Source of the DNA: Candidatus Thorarchaeota archaeon
GTDB taxonomy: Archaea > Asgardarchaeota > Thorarchaeia > Thorarchaeales > Thorarchaeaceae
Assembly (NCBI GenBank): GCA_011364985.1
Contig: RDOC01000001.1
Span: forward strand, 159,576 to 223,575
DNA: 64,000 bases
Direction of reading: 5' to 3'
Shown: positions 1 through 8,771 of the stretch, piece by piece
Position numbering within the stretch: position 1 is the stretch's first letter
Layout: each line of letters starts with the position of its first letter
The notes under the pieces: model-generated
What the model saw: only the letters and a program-made list of their open reading frames with translations
The model's database searches: none
What the model was told of the DNA's origin: nothing
Position numbers and translations under genes: made by a program

Positions 1-1430
1 TCAGGAGTGATGATAAAGTCCCAGTAGAACGACTCGATCTCTCTAGCAAGGAAGCCAATTCTATTCCGTGCTCGTATCAATCGCTTGTTTGTCCGAACGA
101 TGCCAACATAGTTGACCATCAAACGGCGCACTTCGTCCCACATATGAGAAATGACCACGAGCTCATCAGGATCGGTTGCTTCGCCTGGATCCCAAGGAGG
201 CATGCTATGGACTTCGATGCCCCGCTGCAAGTCATCGCTCACAGCCGCAGCTGTATTATGAGCCATGACAACTCCTTCCAATAGGGAATTGGATGCAAGA
301 CGGTTGGCGCCGTGAAAACCGGTGCCGGCACACTCTCCAATGGCATAGAGACCCCTCACATCGGTTTTTCCATTAATATCGGTCTTCACCCCTCCACACA
401 CATAGTGAACACCAGGTACAACTGGAATTGGTTCCTGCGTGATGTCGATACCAGCATTCAAGCATGTCGAGTAGATAGCAGGAAAACGGTCTTTGATGAA
501 ATCTGCATCTTTGAAGGAAATATCCAAGTGGACAAAATTCGCTCCTGTCCTCTTCAGTTCACTGTCAATTGCCCTCGCTACAACATCTCGAGGCGCAAGC
601 TCTGCATCTGGATGATAGGCATCCATGAAGCGTTTTCCATCTGGTCCAAGAAGAACGGCTCCCTCCCCTCTTAATGCCTCAGAGATTAGGAAAGAACGTA
701 TCTTTGAATGATAGAGAAGCGTGGGATGGAATTGAATGAATTCGAGATTTGTGATGCTCGCCCCTGCGCGATATGCCATTGCAATCCCGTCACCTGTTGC
801 AACATCGGGGTTGCTTGTGTAAAGAAACACCCTGCCCGCCCCGCCAGTAGCAAGAACTGTAACCTTCGAGGGAAAACGCTTCACGGTTTTAGTTTCCTTG
901 TCAAGGACATAGGCACCCATCACACAGTCGTTGCTCATATAGAGATTCACTGCGGAATGGTTCTCGTAGACTGTGACGTTGGAGCGCTTTCTTATCTGTT
1001 CTACCAGAGCTCTCTGAATGTCTGCTCCCGTATGGTCTTTTACGTGCAAGACACGTCTGTTTGTATGCCCACCCTCAAGGCCAAGGTCAAAATCATCACA
1101 TCCCTCTTCCCTACAAAACTCGACTCCAAGACGAACCAGTTCTTCTATTCGCTTGGGACCACTCTTTACAATGGATTCTACAACCTTGGGATGGCAGAGA
1201 CCTGCACCAACACGGATTGTATCTTCAATATGGGAAGCAACTGAGTCCTTATCCGAGATCACAGCAGCTATACCACCCTGAGCCCTATTTGTGGCGGTCT
1301 CCAAGATGGAGGTTTTTGTCACTACTGTCACTGTATAGGTCTCAGGAATATTAAGAGAAAATGATAGTCCTGCAATCCCAGACCCAATGACTAAGACATC
1401 TGACGATACGACATCGCTCAATCTTTTCAC
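1..1430 (-). CDS. nadB: L-aspartate oxidase (3' end runs off window)
   Basis: Absent from the ORF track because its stop lies outside the window. Manual translation from GTG 1430 gives MKRLSDVVSSDVLVIGSGIAGL...TNRAQGGIAAV (FAD-binding start), and the same frame near the window edge reads VNYVGIVRTNKRLIRARNRI...IESFYWDF. Confidence 0.92.
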   Translation of the reverse strand, partial: MKRLSDVVSSDVLVIGSGIAGLSFSLNIPETYTVTVVTKTSILETATNRAQGGIAAVISDKDSVASHIEDTIRVGAGLCHPKVVESIVKSGPKRIEELVRLGVEFCREEGCDDFDLGLEGGHTNRRVLHVKDHTGADIQRALVEQIRKRSNVTVYENHSAVNLYMSNDCVMGAYVLDKETKTVKRFPSKVTVLATGGAGRVFLYTSNPDVATGDGIAMAYRAGASITNLEFIQFHPTLLYHSKIRSFLISEALRGEGAVLLGPDGKRFMDAYHPDAELAPRDVVARAIDSELKRTGANFVHLDISFKDADFIKDRFPAIYSTCLNAGIDITQEPIPVVPGVHYVCGGVKTDINGKTDVRGLYAIGECAGTGFHGANRLASNSLLEGVVMAHNTAAAVSDDLQRGIEVHSMPPWDPGEATDPDELVVISHMWDEVRRLMVNYVGIVRTNKRLIRARNRIGFLAREIESFYWDFIITP

Positions 1431-1572
1431 ATCTCAGCAGTTGCACGTCGAGTGCCATTGATTTCACGGATTCTAATTCCCGTTAAGAGATTTCCTGAGG
1501 TACATGATAAGAAGATTTTATTATGAGACATCAGGGGCGAATGCAAATCGTTGAAACGTCCAGCGAAAGACC

Positions 1573-2517
1573 GTGAGTCGAATGGAAATGGCTGTGCCGC
1601 GGGAAAAACCTCATCCTGAATTGGAAAAGCAGGGGTCCAAGATAGAAGGAGTTGTCATCTTCGATGCTAATTCTGGAATACCGCTTTATTCTAGGCTTGA
1701 GAAACGAATCGATCCATCGCTGTTTACGGGCTTCGTTTCTGCTGCGAGACACTTCTCTAACGAGCTATCCCTTGGCGGACTCACTTCCTTTACAACGGAA
1801 GAAAAGGTAATCTTCTTGGCTCGTAAGAACAAGGTTATCACAGCAATAATAAAACCCCAAAATCCTGATCATCAAAGCACAGTATCATTAGCATACGAGC
1901 TAGCAGAGCAGTTTGAGTCTAGGTTTGATGTCCCCCGGAATCCGCAGCCAAGCATGTACAAAGACTTCGAGGGCGTTGTTGATGATTACATCAGAGAAAT
2001 CAAGAACCCCTTTTTGAGTAGAGTTGCTAGGTTCATTCATAAGCAATACGGGGGAGAGGTGGCCATCAAACCTCGATTTAATAAAAAGAGCGGAAGCCAA
2101 GGTGTCATTGATATCGTAGCCAGTACTCAAGAAGAATCACGGGATCTCAGAAATGGAATTTCTAATCTCTATTCGGATAAATACACCTTTGTGCAGGCTG
2201 TTGATGGTGTGGCCAAGAAGGGGGATATAATGGAATTCCTAGATAACACTGACTGCTACGGGGTAATGGTCATGATAAAGGACAGTCTGGAATTCGTCCC
2301 GTACTTTCCGTCTCGTGCAGTTGTGGTAGCTAGGCAGTACCCTGAGGATCTTCTTGGCTACTTGGACAAACTACCGCGTGACAAAGGGCGAATCTACATT
2401 GATGGAACTCATGCCTTCGTCGGTCTTGGAATCAAAGGGCTTAAGAGAGACCCGAAATGCTTCGTTGAGCTTTGGAAGTGGCGTGATAGTGATGACCCTG
2501 TGAGAGCCTATCCATAG
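1573..2517 (+). CDS. Longin-like domain protein with C-terminal PD-(D/E)xK-like domain
   Basis: N-terminal VVIFDANSGIPLYSR...DPSLFTGFVSAARHFSNEL...LAEQFESRF...YKDFEGVVD fits the longin pattern. C-terminal KKSGSQGVIDIVA resembles Mrr-type nuclease folds. Confidence 0.6.
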   Translation: MSRMEMAVPREKPHPELEKQGSKIEGVVIFDANSGIPLYSRLEKRIDPSLFTGFVSAARHFSNELSLGGLTSFTTEEKVIFLARKNKVITAIIKPQNPDHQSTVSLAYELAEQFESRFDVPRNPQPSMYKDFEGVVDDYIREIKNPFLSRVARFIHKQYGGEVAIKPRFNKKSGSQGVIDIVASTQEESRDLRNGISNLYSDKYTFVQAVDGVAKKGDIMEFLDNTDCYGVMVMIKDSLEFVPYFPSRAVVVARQYPEDLLGYLDKLPRDKGRIYIDGTHAFVGLGIKGLKRDPKCFVELWKWRDSDDPVRAYP

Positions 2518-2524
2518 CCATGCA

Positions 2525-3193
2525 TCAGCATATTGCAGTCCCGCAGTACTCGCAGGTCACAAGTTTCCCTTTTCGAAGTTTCTTAGCTTGCTCTACGTTA
2601 AATCTGCTCCCACACATTGGACATAGATACGGTTGCATCTCAACTGGAGGCCCACTCTGAATCTCGCCTCCTATTTCCGTCAAGGATTTCTCGGCCCATT
2701 GAACATACTTCGACTGGTTAGTCTTTCTGAAATTGTATACTGCTTCTTCGAGTAGGCTTCTCGCCTCCTCTAATCTACCTGTACCTCTGTAGGCACTTGC
2801 AAGACCCATTGCATTCCAAGCAGTATACCATGCGTCCGCTGTTGTTCTGGCCAAGGTCAGGCCCTGCTCAAAAAGCTGGACAGCGGTACTGTAATCCAGC
2901 CTTCGTAGTGCTACTTGCCCAAGGCCCCATTTCGCAGCAGATTGGTACCAATAGTTGTCAATCTTAATTCCTTCGCGGTGTAGATTCTCGTAAATGGTCT
3001 GGGCTTTCTTCAGATTGTGTGCATTCAGCGTGCAATCACCCATCACACGAAGAGCCTCTACAGCGCGGTCAATCTGCCCGCTCTTCTGGAATTTCTTATG
3101 TGCTTTCTCAGCAGCCTTAATGCACTTGTCAAACTTGGAAGACTGATGCATCGAAATGGCCTCTTGGAGAAGTTCTTCTGGTTCCGGCGACAT
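2525..3193 (-). CDS. TPR-repeat protein with C-terminal Zn ribbon
   Basis: Helical TPR-like repeats (ALRVMGDC, AKWGLGQVA, AMGLASAY) followed by CPMCG...CEYCG. Start placed at ATG 3193 (MSPEP). Confidence 0.8.
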   Translation of the reverse strand: MSPEPEELLQEAISMHQSSKFDKCIKAAEKAHKKFQKSGQIDRAVEALRVMGDCTLNAHNLKKAQTIYENLHREGIKIDNYWYQSAAKWGLGQVALRRLDYSTAVQLFEQGLTLARTTADAWYTAWNAMGLASAYRGTGRLEEARSLLEEAVYNFRKTNQSKYVQWAEKSLTEIGGEIQSGPPVEMQPYLCPMCGSRFNVEQAKKLRKGKLVTCEYCGTAIC

Positions 3194-3250
3194 AGCCTGA
3201 AACAAACACCCCTGCGTAATAAAAAAGCTGCCATCTCAAGTGCAATGAAA

Positions 3251-5668
3251 TCATCTATGGAAAGTCGCAATCACTGTGTTGGACATTGGCAAAGCGCGAA
3301 TGTATGCAATTCCAACCTCCTTCACTCGGTTTACAATGCCTCCTCCAAAGACTTTCATCATAGGCAAGGAGAAATACGTAGGCACATGAATTTCCAATTC
3401 ATTTGGCAGCTGAGTCATCCGGATCTCAATCTGGTGTTGATTTGTAGATGCTCCAACTTCAATGTCTACCTCACCCAGTGACAGTGGAATTCTATCTACG
3501 AGGAGGGGTGTGGGAGAAGTATACCATTCATCAGGAATGGCCGGGAGGACAACGATATCCGACTCCATTTCAGATACCACCATTTCGCGCAAGAGGATGA
3601 GAAGATCTGCTGCTGCAATCATGCTGCATCCATCGCCAGAGTGTCCTGCACCCGAATGTGGATCGACAAACTCAGGAAGAGTATGGTATTCCGAGAGCAG
3701 CTCTATTGCTCTGCGAAGAATATTCCATGTGCCAGATTTGCGAAGCGTGAAGACGTAGTAGTGGGCCAAACGCAGTGCAAGATGACTGGAAAATCGTTTC
3801 TCCTCTCCCGGGATCATTACTAGATTCCTTCGCATAAGGTTGTCCAAAGTGGTGTTTAGCGACCATTGTTCAAGACTGCTGTCGATAGTACCCTTTCCGA
3901 GAAGAGCAATTGCTGCAAGGAGGTCAAGTGATGCAAGCGATAGATCGGGGTCATCCGCTTGGTCTACGACACTTTGGTAGACCCTCACTGATTTGGATTC
4001 AAGCCATTTTGCATAGTCGTTCTGCAGACTACAGAGCGATTCTGCCAATTGGGTCATTTCAAGTGCCTCGAGAGACACCACACCGATTCTTAGAGCTGCT
4101 AAATCCCATAGTGAATCAACAATATCACGAAGTCCAAACTGCATTCTTATTGGAACAGGAGCCACATCCGTTGTGATGTCCTCACGCAATTCAGCCGTTA
4201 CCGCCAGTATTTCATCGACACCCAAGAACTCCTCTTTCGGCTCACTGTCTTCTCTGATTTTACCATGAATACTCCCAGACTTCACTGATTCATCAGCCAA
4301 ATCGCCAGACTCACTTTGCACTCTGATTCTGGCCTCAATTGTCAATTGCATCTTAGAATAATATGCGCCAATCAATGGGCTTATTGTCTTCAGAAACGTC
4401 ATATCTCGGAAATAGAAGAAATACTGAAGAATTCCCCAAATCAACGAACTCTGGCTATTAGGAGGTGTTTCCTTTTCATCCGAAAACCACTTCCGGATTG
4501 CTTTAAGGGCAAGTTCTTTCGCTAGCTCGGAACAGCCAGAGCGGCATAGTGCAGAAAAGACTCTAGCCCATTCGATAGACTCGGTTGAGCCTACTGAGCT
4601 AATGCCTGAGTTCAGCTTTGTGTCAACTTGTTGTGCAAGAACGGCCTTCGCCTGCAGAGCGGCATCATTCAGCACTACCTCTGGAAAAGTAAGATTCGTT
4701 GTCTTTTCGGCGAAATCGAACCACATGCCTACATATTCATCCCTTACGTTCGTATTCATTTTGAAGGGGATTTCGTCTGTCTTCGTCATTCTGGATAAGG
4801 GACTCACAAAGAAATACTTCTTGGATTCAGCCGGAGCTAAATTGACTCTGTACTTCAGAACAGCAGTAACGAGACCTTTGACGCTAGAGAACTCTGTGTC
4901 CTTTCGGTCATTCTCTTCTTGGATAGTGGCGATCAGATTCGGATTATCAGCAGTTGAAAGAACGATTGACGATGCCAGCTTGTCAAAGAGCATGGCAACG
5001 TAACCATTGGAAATCATCATCTTCTGAGCGGAATCATACTCGACGGACTCCAATGGTTCGACCCCTCTAACGGAAGTGGGTCTAAGAACTGCATAGAAAA
5101 CAAACTCAGTATCATTCAGCGAATGGTTCTTTAAGTGAATCTCATTGTATAGAGCTTCGCGTCCGCTCGATGTGCCATGATAAATCTGGCGAATCACTTC
5201 GATCGCCCCAAAGAATTTTCTCCATTCGAAAAGCTGATCATCAGGACTATACAGCTCGATTCTTGATTCGTTTCGGTCAACCAAGGCAGGGAAGACCATA
5301 GAGCCTTTATCCTCAAACCAGAAATCAATGGACCCACATTCACGATTAGCTGTCACAAGTCCTGTTTCATCCATTATTGCATAATTGCTGGATCCCACTC
5401 CGCCAATGGTGATCCAGTTCTGGCTCATGTTATTGGAAAGGGCATCCTCGGATATACTGCCAGATTTGGAAATTGATGCCTGCTTTGTAGCCCAAGCGGG
5501 GAGCATCCATGATTCCGAGGAGGTATAAACTACCTTGTTCAATCCAACCTGTAGATCACGTATTTCAAGTGCTGCGGAAGAATGTTGAAAGGATGACGAC
5601 GGCACTTTGTTATTTCGTGCTACTCGCCTGAATCGCTCAATAAGGTTATCATCTGTTAGGTCCAACAC
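3251..5668 (-). CDS. Six-hairpin (alpha/alpha)6 glycosidase-like protein, possibly inactive
   Basis: 805 aa ORF: beta-rich N-terminus (NWITIG...GLVT...SIDFW), helical core, LPEFVDPHSGAGHSGDG...AAADLLILLREMVV and a C-terminal LPAIPDEW beta domain typical of GH15/65/95-clan proteins. Confidence 0.55.
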   Translation of the reverse strand: MLDLTDDNLIERFRRVARNNKVPSSSFQHSSAALEIRDLQVGLNKVVYTSSESWMLPAWATKQASISKSGSISEDALSNNMSQNWITIGGVGSSNYAIMDETGLVTANRECGSIDFWFEDKGSMVFPALVDRNESRIELYSPDDQLFEWRKFFGAIEVIRQIYHGTSSGREALYNEIHLKNHSLNDTEFVFYAVLRPTSVRGVEPLESVEYDSAQKMMISNGYVAMLFDKLASSIVLSTADNPNLIATIQEENDRKDTEFSSVKGLVTAVLKYRVNLAPAESKKYFFVSPLSRMTKTDEIPFKMNTNVRDEYVGMWFDFAEKTTNLTFPEVVLNDAALQAKAVLAQQVDTKLNSGISSVGSTESIEWARVFSALCRSGCSELAKELALKAIRKWFSDEKETPPNSQSSLIWGILQYFFYFRDMTFLKTISPLIGAYYSKMQLTIEARIRVQSESGDLADESVKSGSIHGKIREDSEPKEEFLGVDEILAVTAELREDITTDVAPVPIRMQFGLRDIVDSLWDLAALRIGVVSLEALEMTQLAESLCSLQNDYAKWLESKSVRVYQSVVDQADDPDLSLASLDLLAAIALLGKGTIDSSLEQWSLNTTLDNLMRRNLVMIPGEEKRFSSHLALRLAHYYVFTLRKSGTWNILRRAIELLSEYHTLPEFVDPHSGAGHSGDGCSMIAAADLLILLREMVVSEMESDIVVLPAIPDEWYTSPTPLLVDRIPLSLGEVDIEVGASTNQHQIEIRMTQLPNELEIHVPTYFSLPMMKVFGGGIVNRVKEVGIAYIRALPMSNTVIATFHR

Positions 5669-5872
5669 GGTCCAACTCCAATTTGTGAGAGTGAGAAGCT
5701 GGCTGATGAGTCCTAAGTTGCGGAATAGGTAATTAATGTAGCTTGTTCATTTTTCGGACATGTCATGGATACCTAAGCCTTAATAACACTCTCAAGCCCG
5801 ATTGTACAAAAGCTCGATATGATTGCGTATTAAGCCCAAATGCTGATTGACCAAAGATATGAGGGATTTGCT

Positions 5873-7060
5873 ATGGCGGAAGTCCTCACGAAACCGTCTC
5901 GTAGAATTAGGAATATGGTTGCAAAGGAACTCAGATTAATAGCTAAAGACAAGGTTGCTCTGTTCTTGATCTTTCTGCTTCCAGCCGCGCTGATTGGAAT
6001 GCTCTGGTGGGTTACGGATATGAGCGACATGGGAGATATTCAGTTAGGCGATGATGACGGCGGCACAGACATTGGCACAAGCACAAACATAACCGAAGCT
6101 GAGGACACAGGTATCAGCATTGGGCTATTAGACTTCGACACAACACGCGTCTATGAAGGAGAGGACCTCTCTACAAACTTCACAAACTACTTGGAGATGT
6201 TCGTTGACGATTTAATAATGTACAACGACACGGCAGATGCTTTTCGAGACTTGTATGAGGGCGAAATCCTTGGATATGTAATAATCCCTGATGGATTCGA
6301 GGCCAACCTGACTGAGAACATACCAACATATGTTGAAATTCATGTAGATGCCACAGCACTATTGGATCAAGCTTCTGTTCAAGGTGTAATTCAGGGGGCT
6401 ATAATAAGCTTCAGGGCATCAAAACTGTGGATTAGATCTGAAGTGTTTCCTTCGATGATAATCGAATTCCAGCCAGAAGGAAGCTACCTTGCTGCAGTCT
6501 TTGGAGCATTCATTGTCATAATATCCTCATACCTAGGAATTGCTATGACTTCTGCCCAATCCATTGTAGGTGACATTCCTCTTCGTAGAATGTTACTCAC
6601 CCCGACAAACAGGCTAGAAGTGATTACTTCTAAGGCCATCGCCTATGTGATTATTGGTTTCTTCCAATCGCTTCTTCTCATTTCCCTCTGGATTATTGCT
6701 TTCGATTTGGAGATGAACACTGGTTTTGGGAGTCTGGTTATCATTATGAGCCTAACAGCTTTGACAGGATCATCTACAGGGATAATCATCTCTGCAGCTG
6801 CAGGAACAAGATTGCAGGCCAATCAGATCTTTCTCTTTGTCATGTTTGGCTCTGTTATAATGTCAGGATTCTTTATCGACGTGGGTTGGCTCAATGAAGT
6901 ACTCCCCCTGAATCTGGGAATGAGCGTCCTGATTGATACAGCATTCAAAGGATTATCATTACTTGATATCATAGATGCCATTCTTAGACTTCTTGCAATT
7001 TCATTAGGGATGATACTAGCTGCATCATTCATTTTCTCTAGAAAGCCAACTCTTGACTAG
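5873..7060 (+). CDS. ABC-2 type transporter permease
   Basis: AKELRLIAKDK...LLP TM1, large extracellular loop (VIIPDGF), LRRMLLTPTNRLEVITSK motif and five further TMs. Start placed at ATG 5873. Confidence 0.9.
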   Translation: MAEVLTKPSRRIRNMVAKELRLIAKDKVALFLIFLLPAALIGMLWWVTDMSDMGDIQLGDDDGGTDIGTSTNITEAEDTGISIGLLDFDTTRVYEGEDLSTNFTNYLEMFVDDLIMYNDTADAFRDLYEGEILGYVIIPDGFEANLTENIPTYVEIHVDATALLDQASVQGVIQGAIISFRASKLWIRSEVFPSMIIEFQPEGSYLAAVFGAFIVIISSYLGIAMTSAQSIVGDIPLRRMLLTPTNRLEVITSKAIAYVIIGFFQSLLLISLWIIAFDLEMNTGFGSLVIIMSLTALTGSSTGIIISAAAGTRLQANQIFLFVMFGSVIMSGFFIDVGWLNEVLPLNLGMSVLIDTAFKGLSLLDIIDAILRLLAISLGMILAASFIFSRKPTLD

Positions 7061-8764
7061 GTGATGGACATGATAAAACAAGATCGTGACGAAGCATCAG
7101 AAATCGAAGCAAAACCAACCTTTGTAGAAGAAGCCTACTTCTCTGGGGGAAGACTGAACGAAGCCATTGATTGGTGTCTTGCTCGTCACGACCGAGAAAT
7201 TCACTGTATAGTGGAAGGAGTACTCAACAGTACAAGCAGGGAAGTACGTTTCAGCGGAAGGCTTCTGAAGATAAAGAAGAGTGTCTTGACACGGAGATTT
7301 GCCGCCCTTGTTGAAGAGGATTTGAGAAAGAGGAAGAGAGGAGATCTTGATGCAATTCTCACAGTGGGCGGAGAAGGGGCAACTCAAGAGGATGTTGCAG
7401 CCACCCAAATAACACTTCGTAATTACTTGAAAAGAAACCTCGCAGAAGACTTGTATTATGATGGACGTGACCTTCAGCAGGCAGTGAAGGACCTTGAAAA
7501 GATGAAGAGCACACAGAGCCTCTGTACTGTGTGGGGTAATAGAGCCTCTGATAGGCTTCCGATTATGATAAGCGGAATGGTTGTAGGATTTGCCATTGAA
7601 GCAATGCAGCCTGCTCGCGGCACGATTCTACCTGAAGGGTTTCTTGAAGTCAGGGTTGAGCCAGAGGGCTCTGTGGGAGATCCGAAGATATACTTGGTCG
7701 CTCAACCACAGCTATTCATTGGTCCAGGGTATAATCCCAATCTTACAATTATAGCCAGCAAGGTTTACATCCAGCCTTATGCCTGGAAAGAAGCGCCAGC
7801 CTATCGAGATGTCGTTGAAGCTAGGAACCTCACGGTCTCTCTAAAGACCGGCAAGAACCTAGTAGAGAATGTATCATTTGCATTAGAAGAGGGAGAGATG
7901 CTTGCAATAATCGGTGAGTCGGGAGCTGGCAAGTCAACAACTGTGAAGGCACTAATTGGGGATATACCTAGTACAGGAGTCGCCAGAATCGCAGGAGTCG
8001 ATTCCCGACAAACAACAAAGGTAAGGCACTTCTTTGGATATTGCCCACAAGACCTATCCTACATGTACGAGACCTTCACACCATTGGAGAATATCATTGC
8101 GTTTGGGAAACAATACGATATACCGGAGTGGCAATTGATTCAGAGAGGGAAATCGCTGCTTAGGGACTTTGGGATTCTGGAAAAAGGAAACAATGCTACA
8201 AGAGAATTGAGTGGAGGACAGCAACGACGCGTATCCATAGCTGTGGCCTTGGCCCACATGCCAAAGGTACTGTTGATGGACGAGCCGACTTCCGGACTCG
8301 ACCCAGACAACAGAAATGAGCTATGGAACTATCTAGCCTATATCAATCAGGAATATGGAACCTCAATCATTGTAATCACTCACTACCCGATAGAGGCAGA
8401 ATTCTGCGATAAGGTTGCGGTCTTTATTCGTGGAAAATCACTTGTTGCCTTTGGCAGCCCACAAAGACTCAAGGAGTCCCTCCCAAATAGAGGCTTTTCT
8501 GTTGGAGTCGTGCTTGAAGAGGTGGATCCGCGAGCAAGGACGATCCTTGAGGAAGTGGAAGGAGTCCGCTTTGTGCTTCAGCGAGGAGAGCTACTCAAGG
8601 TATTCACAGATGAGCCCCTTGAGAAAGTGGCTCAGAAATGTGTCTCCGCACTCGATACCAGAAAGATTGCGGTTAAGATTGTGAAGACAAAATCCGTGGC
8701 CGATATGGTGGACTATTACATAGCAATCACTAGGGGCCTAGTAACAGGAACAATCGAGAAGTGA
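7061..8764 (+). CDS. ABC-2 ATP-binding protein with ~245 aa N-terminal TrmB-C-like tandem domains
   Basis: Walker A GESGAGKST, LSGGQ, Walker B LLMDEPT, H-loop ITH. The N-terminal extension contains TVGGEGATQED. Confidence 0.9.
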   Translation: MMDMIKQDRDEASEIEAKPTFVEEAYFSGGRLNEAIDWCLARHDREIHCIVEGVLNSTSREVRFSGRLLKIKKSVLTRRFAALVEEDLRKRKRGDLDAILTVGGEGATQEDVAATQITLRNYLKRNLAEDLYYDGRDLQQAVKDLEKMKSTQSLCTVWGNRASDRLPIMISGMVVGFAIEAMQPARGTILPEGFLEVRVEPEGSVGDPKIYLVAQPQLFIGPGYNPNLTIIASKVYIQPYAWKEAPAYRDVVEARNLTVSLKTGKNLVENVSFALEEGEMLAIIGESGAGKSTTVKALIGDIPSTGVARIAGVDSRQTTKVRHFFGYCPQDLSYMYETFTPLENIIAFGKQYDIPEWQLIQRGKSLLRDFGILEKGNNATRELSGGQQRRVSIAVALAHMPKVLLMDEPTSGLDPDNRNELWNYLAYINQEYGTSIIVITHYPIEAEFCDKVAVFIRGKSLVAFGSPQRLKESLPNRGFSVGVVLEEVDPRARTILEEVEGVRFVLQRGELLKVFTDEPLEKVAQKCVSALDTRKIAVKIVKTKSVADMVDYYIAITRGLVTGTIEK

Positions 8765-8771
8765 TGAAGAA

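Noticed and set aside
312-1354. Plus-strand ORFs of 87-178 aa
   Set aside because: Antisense shadows of nadB on the minus strand.
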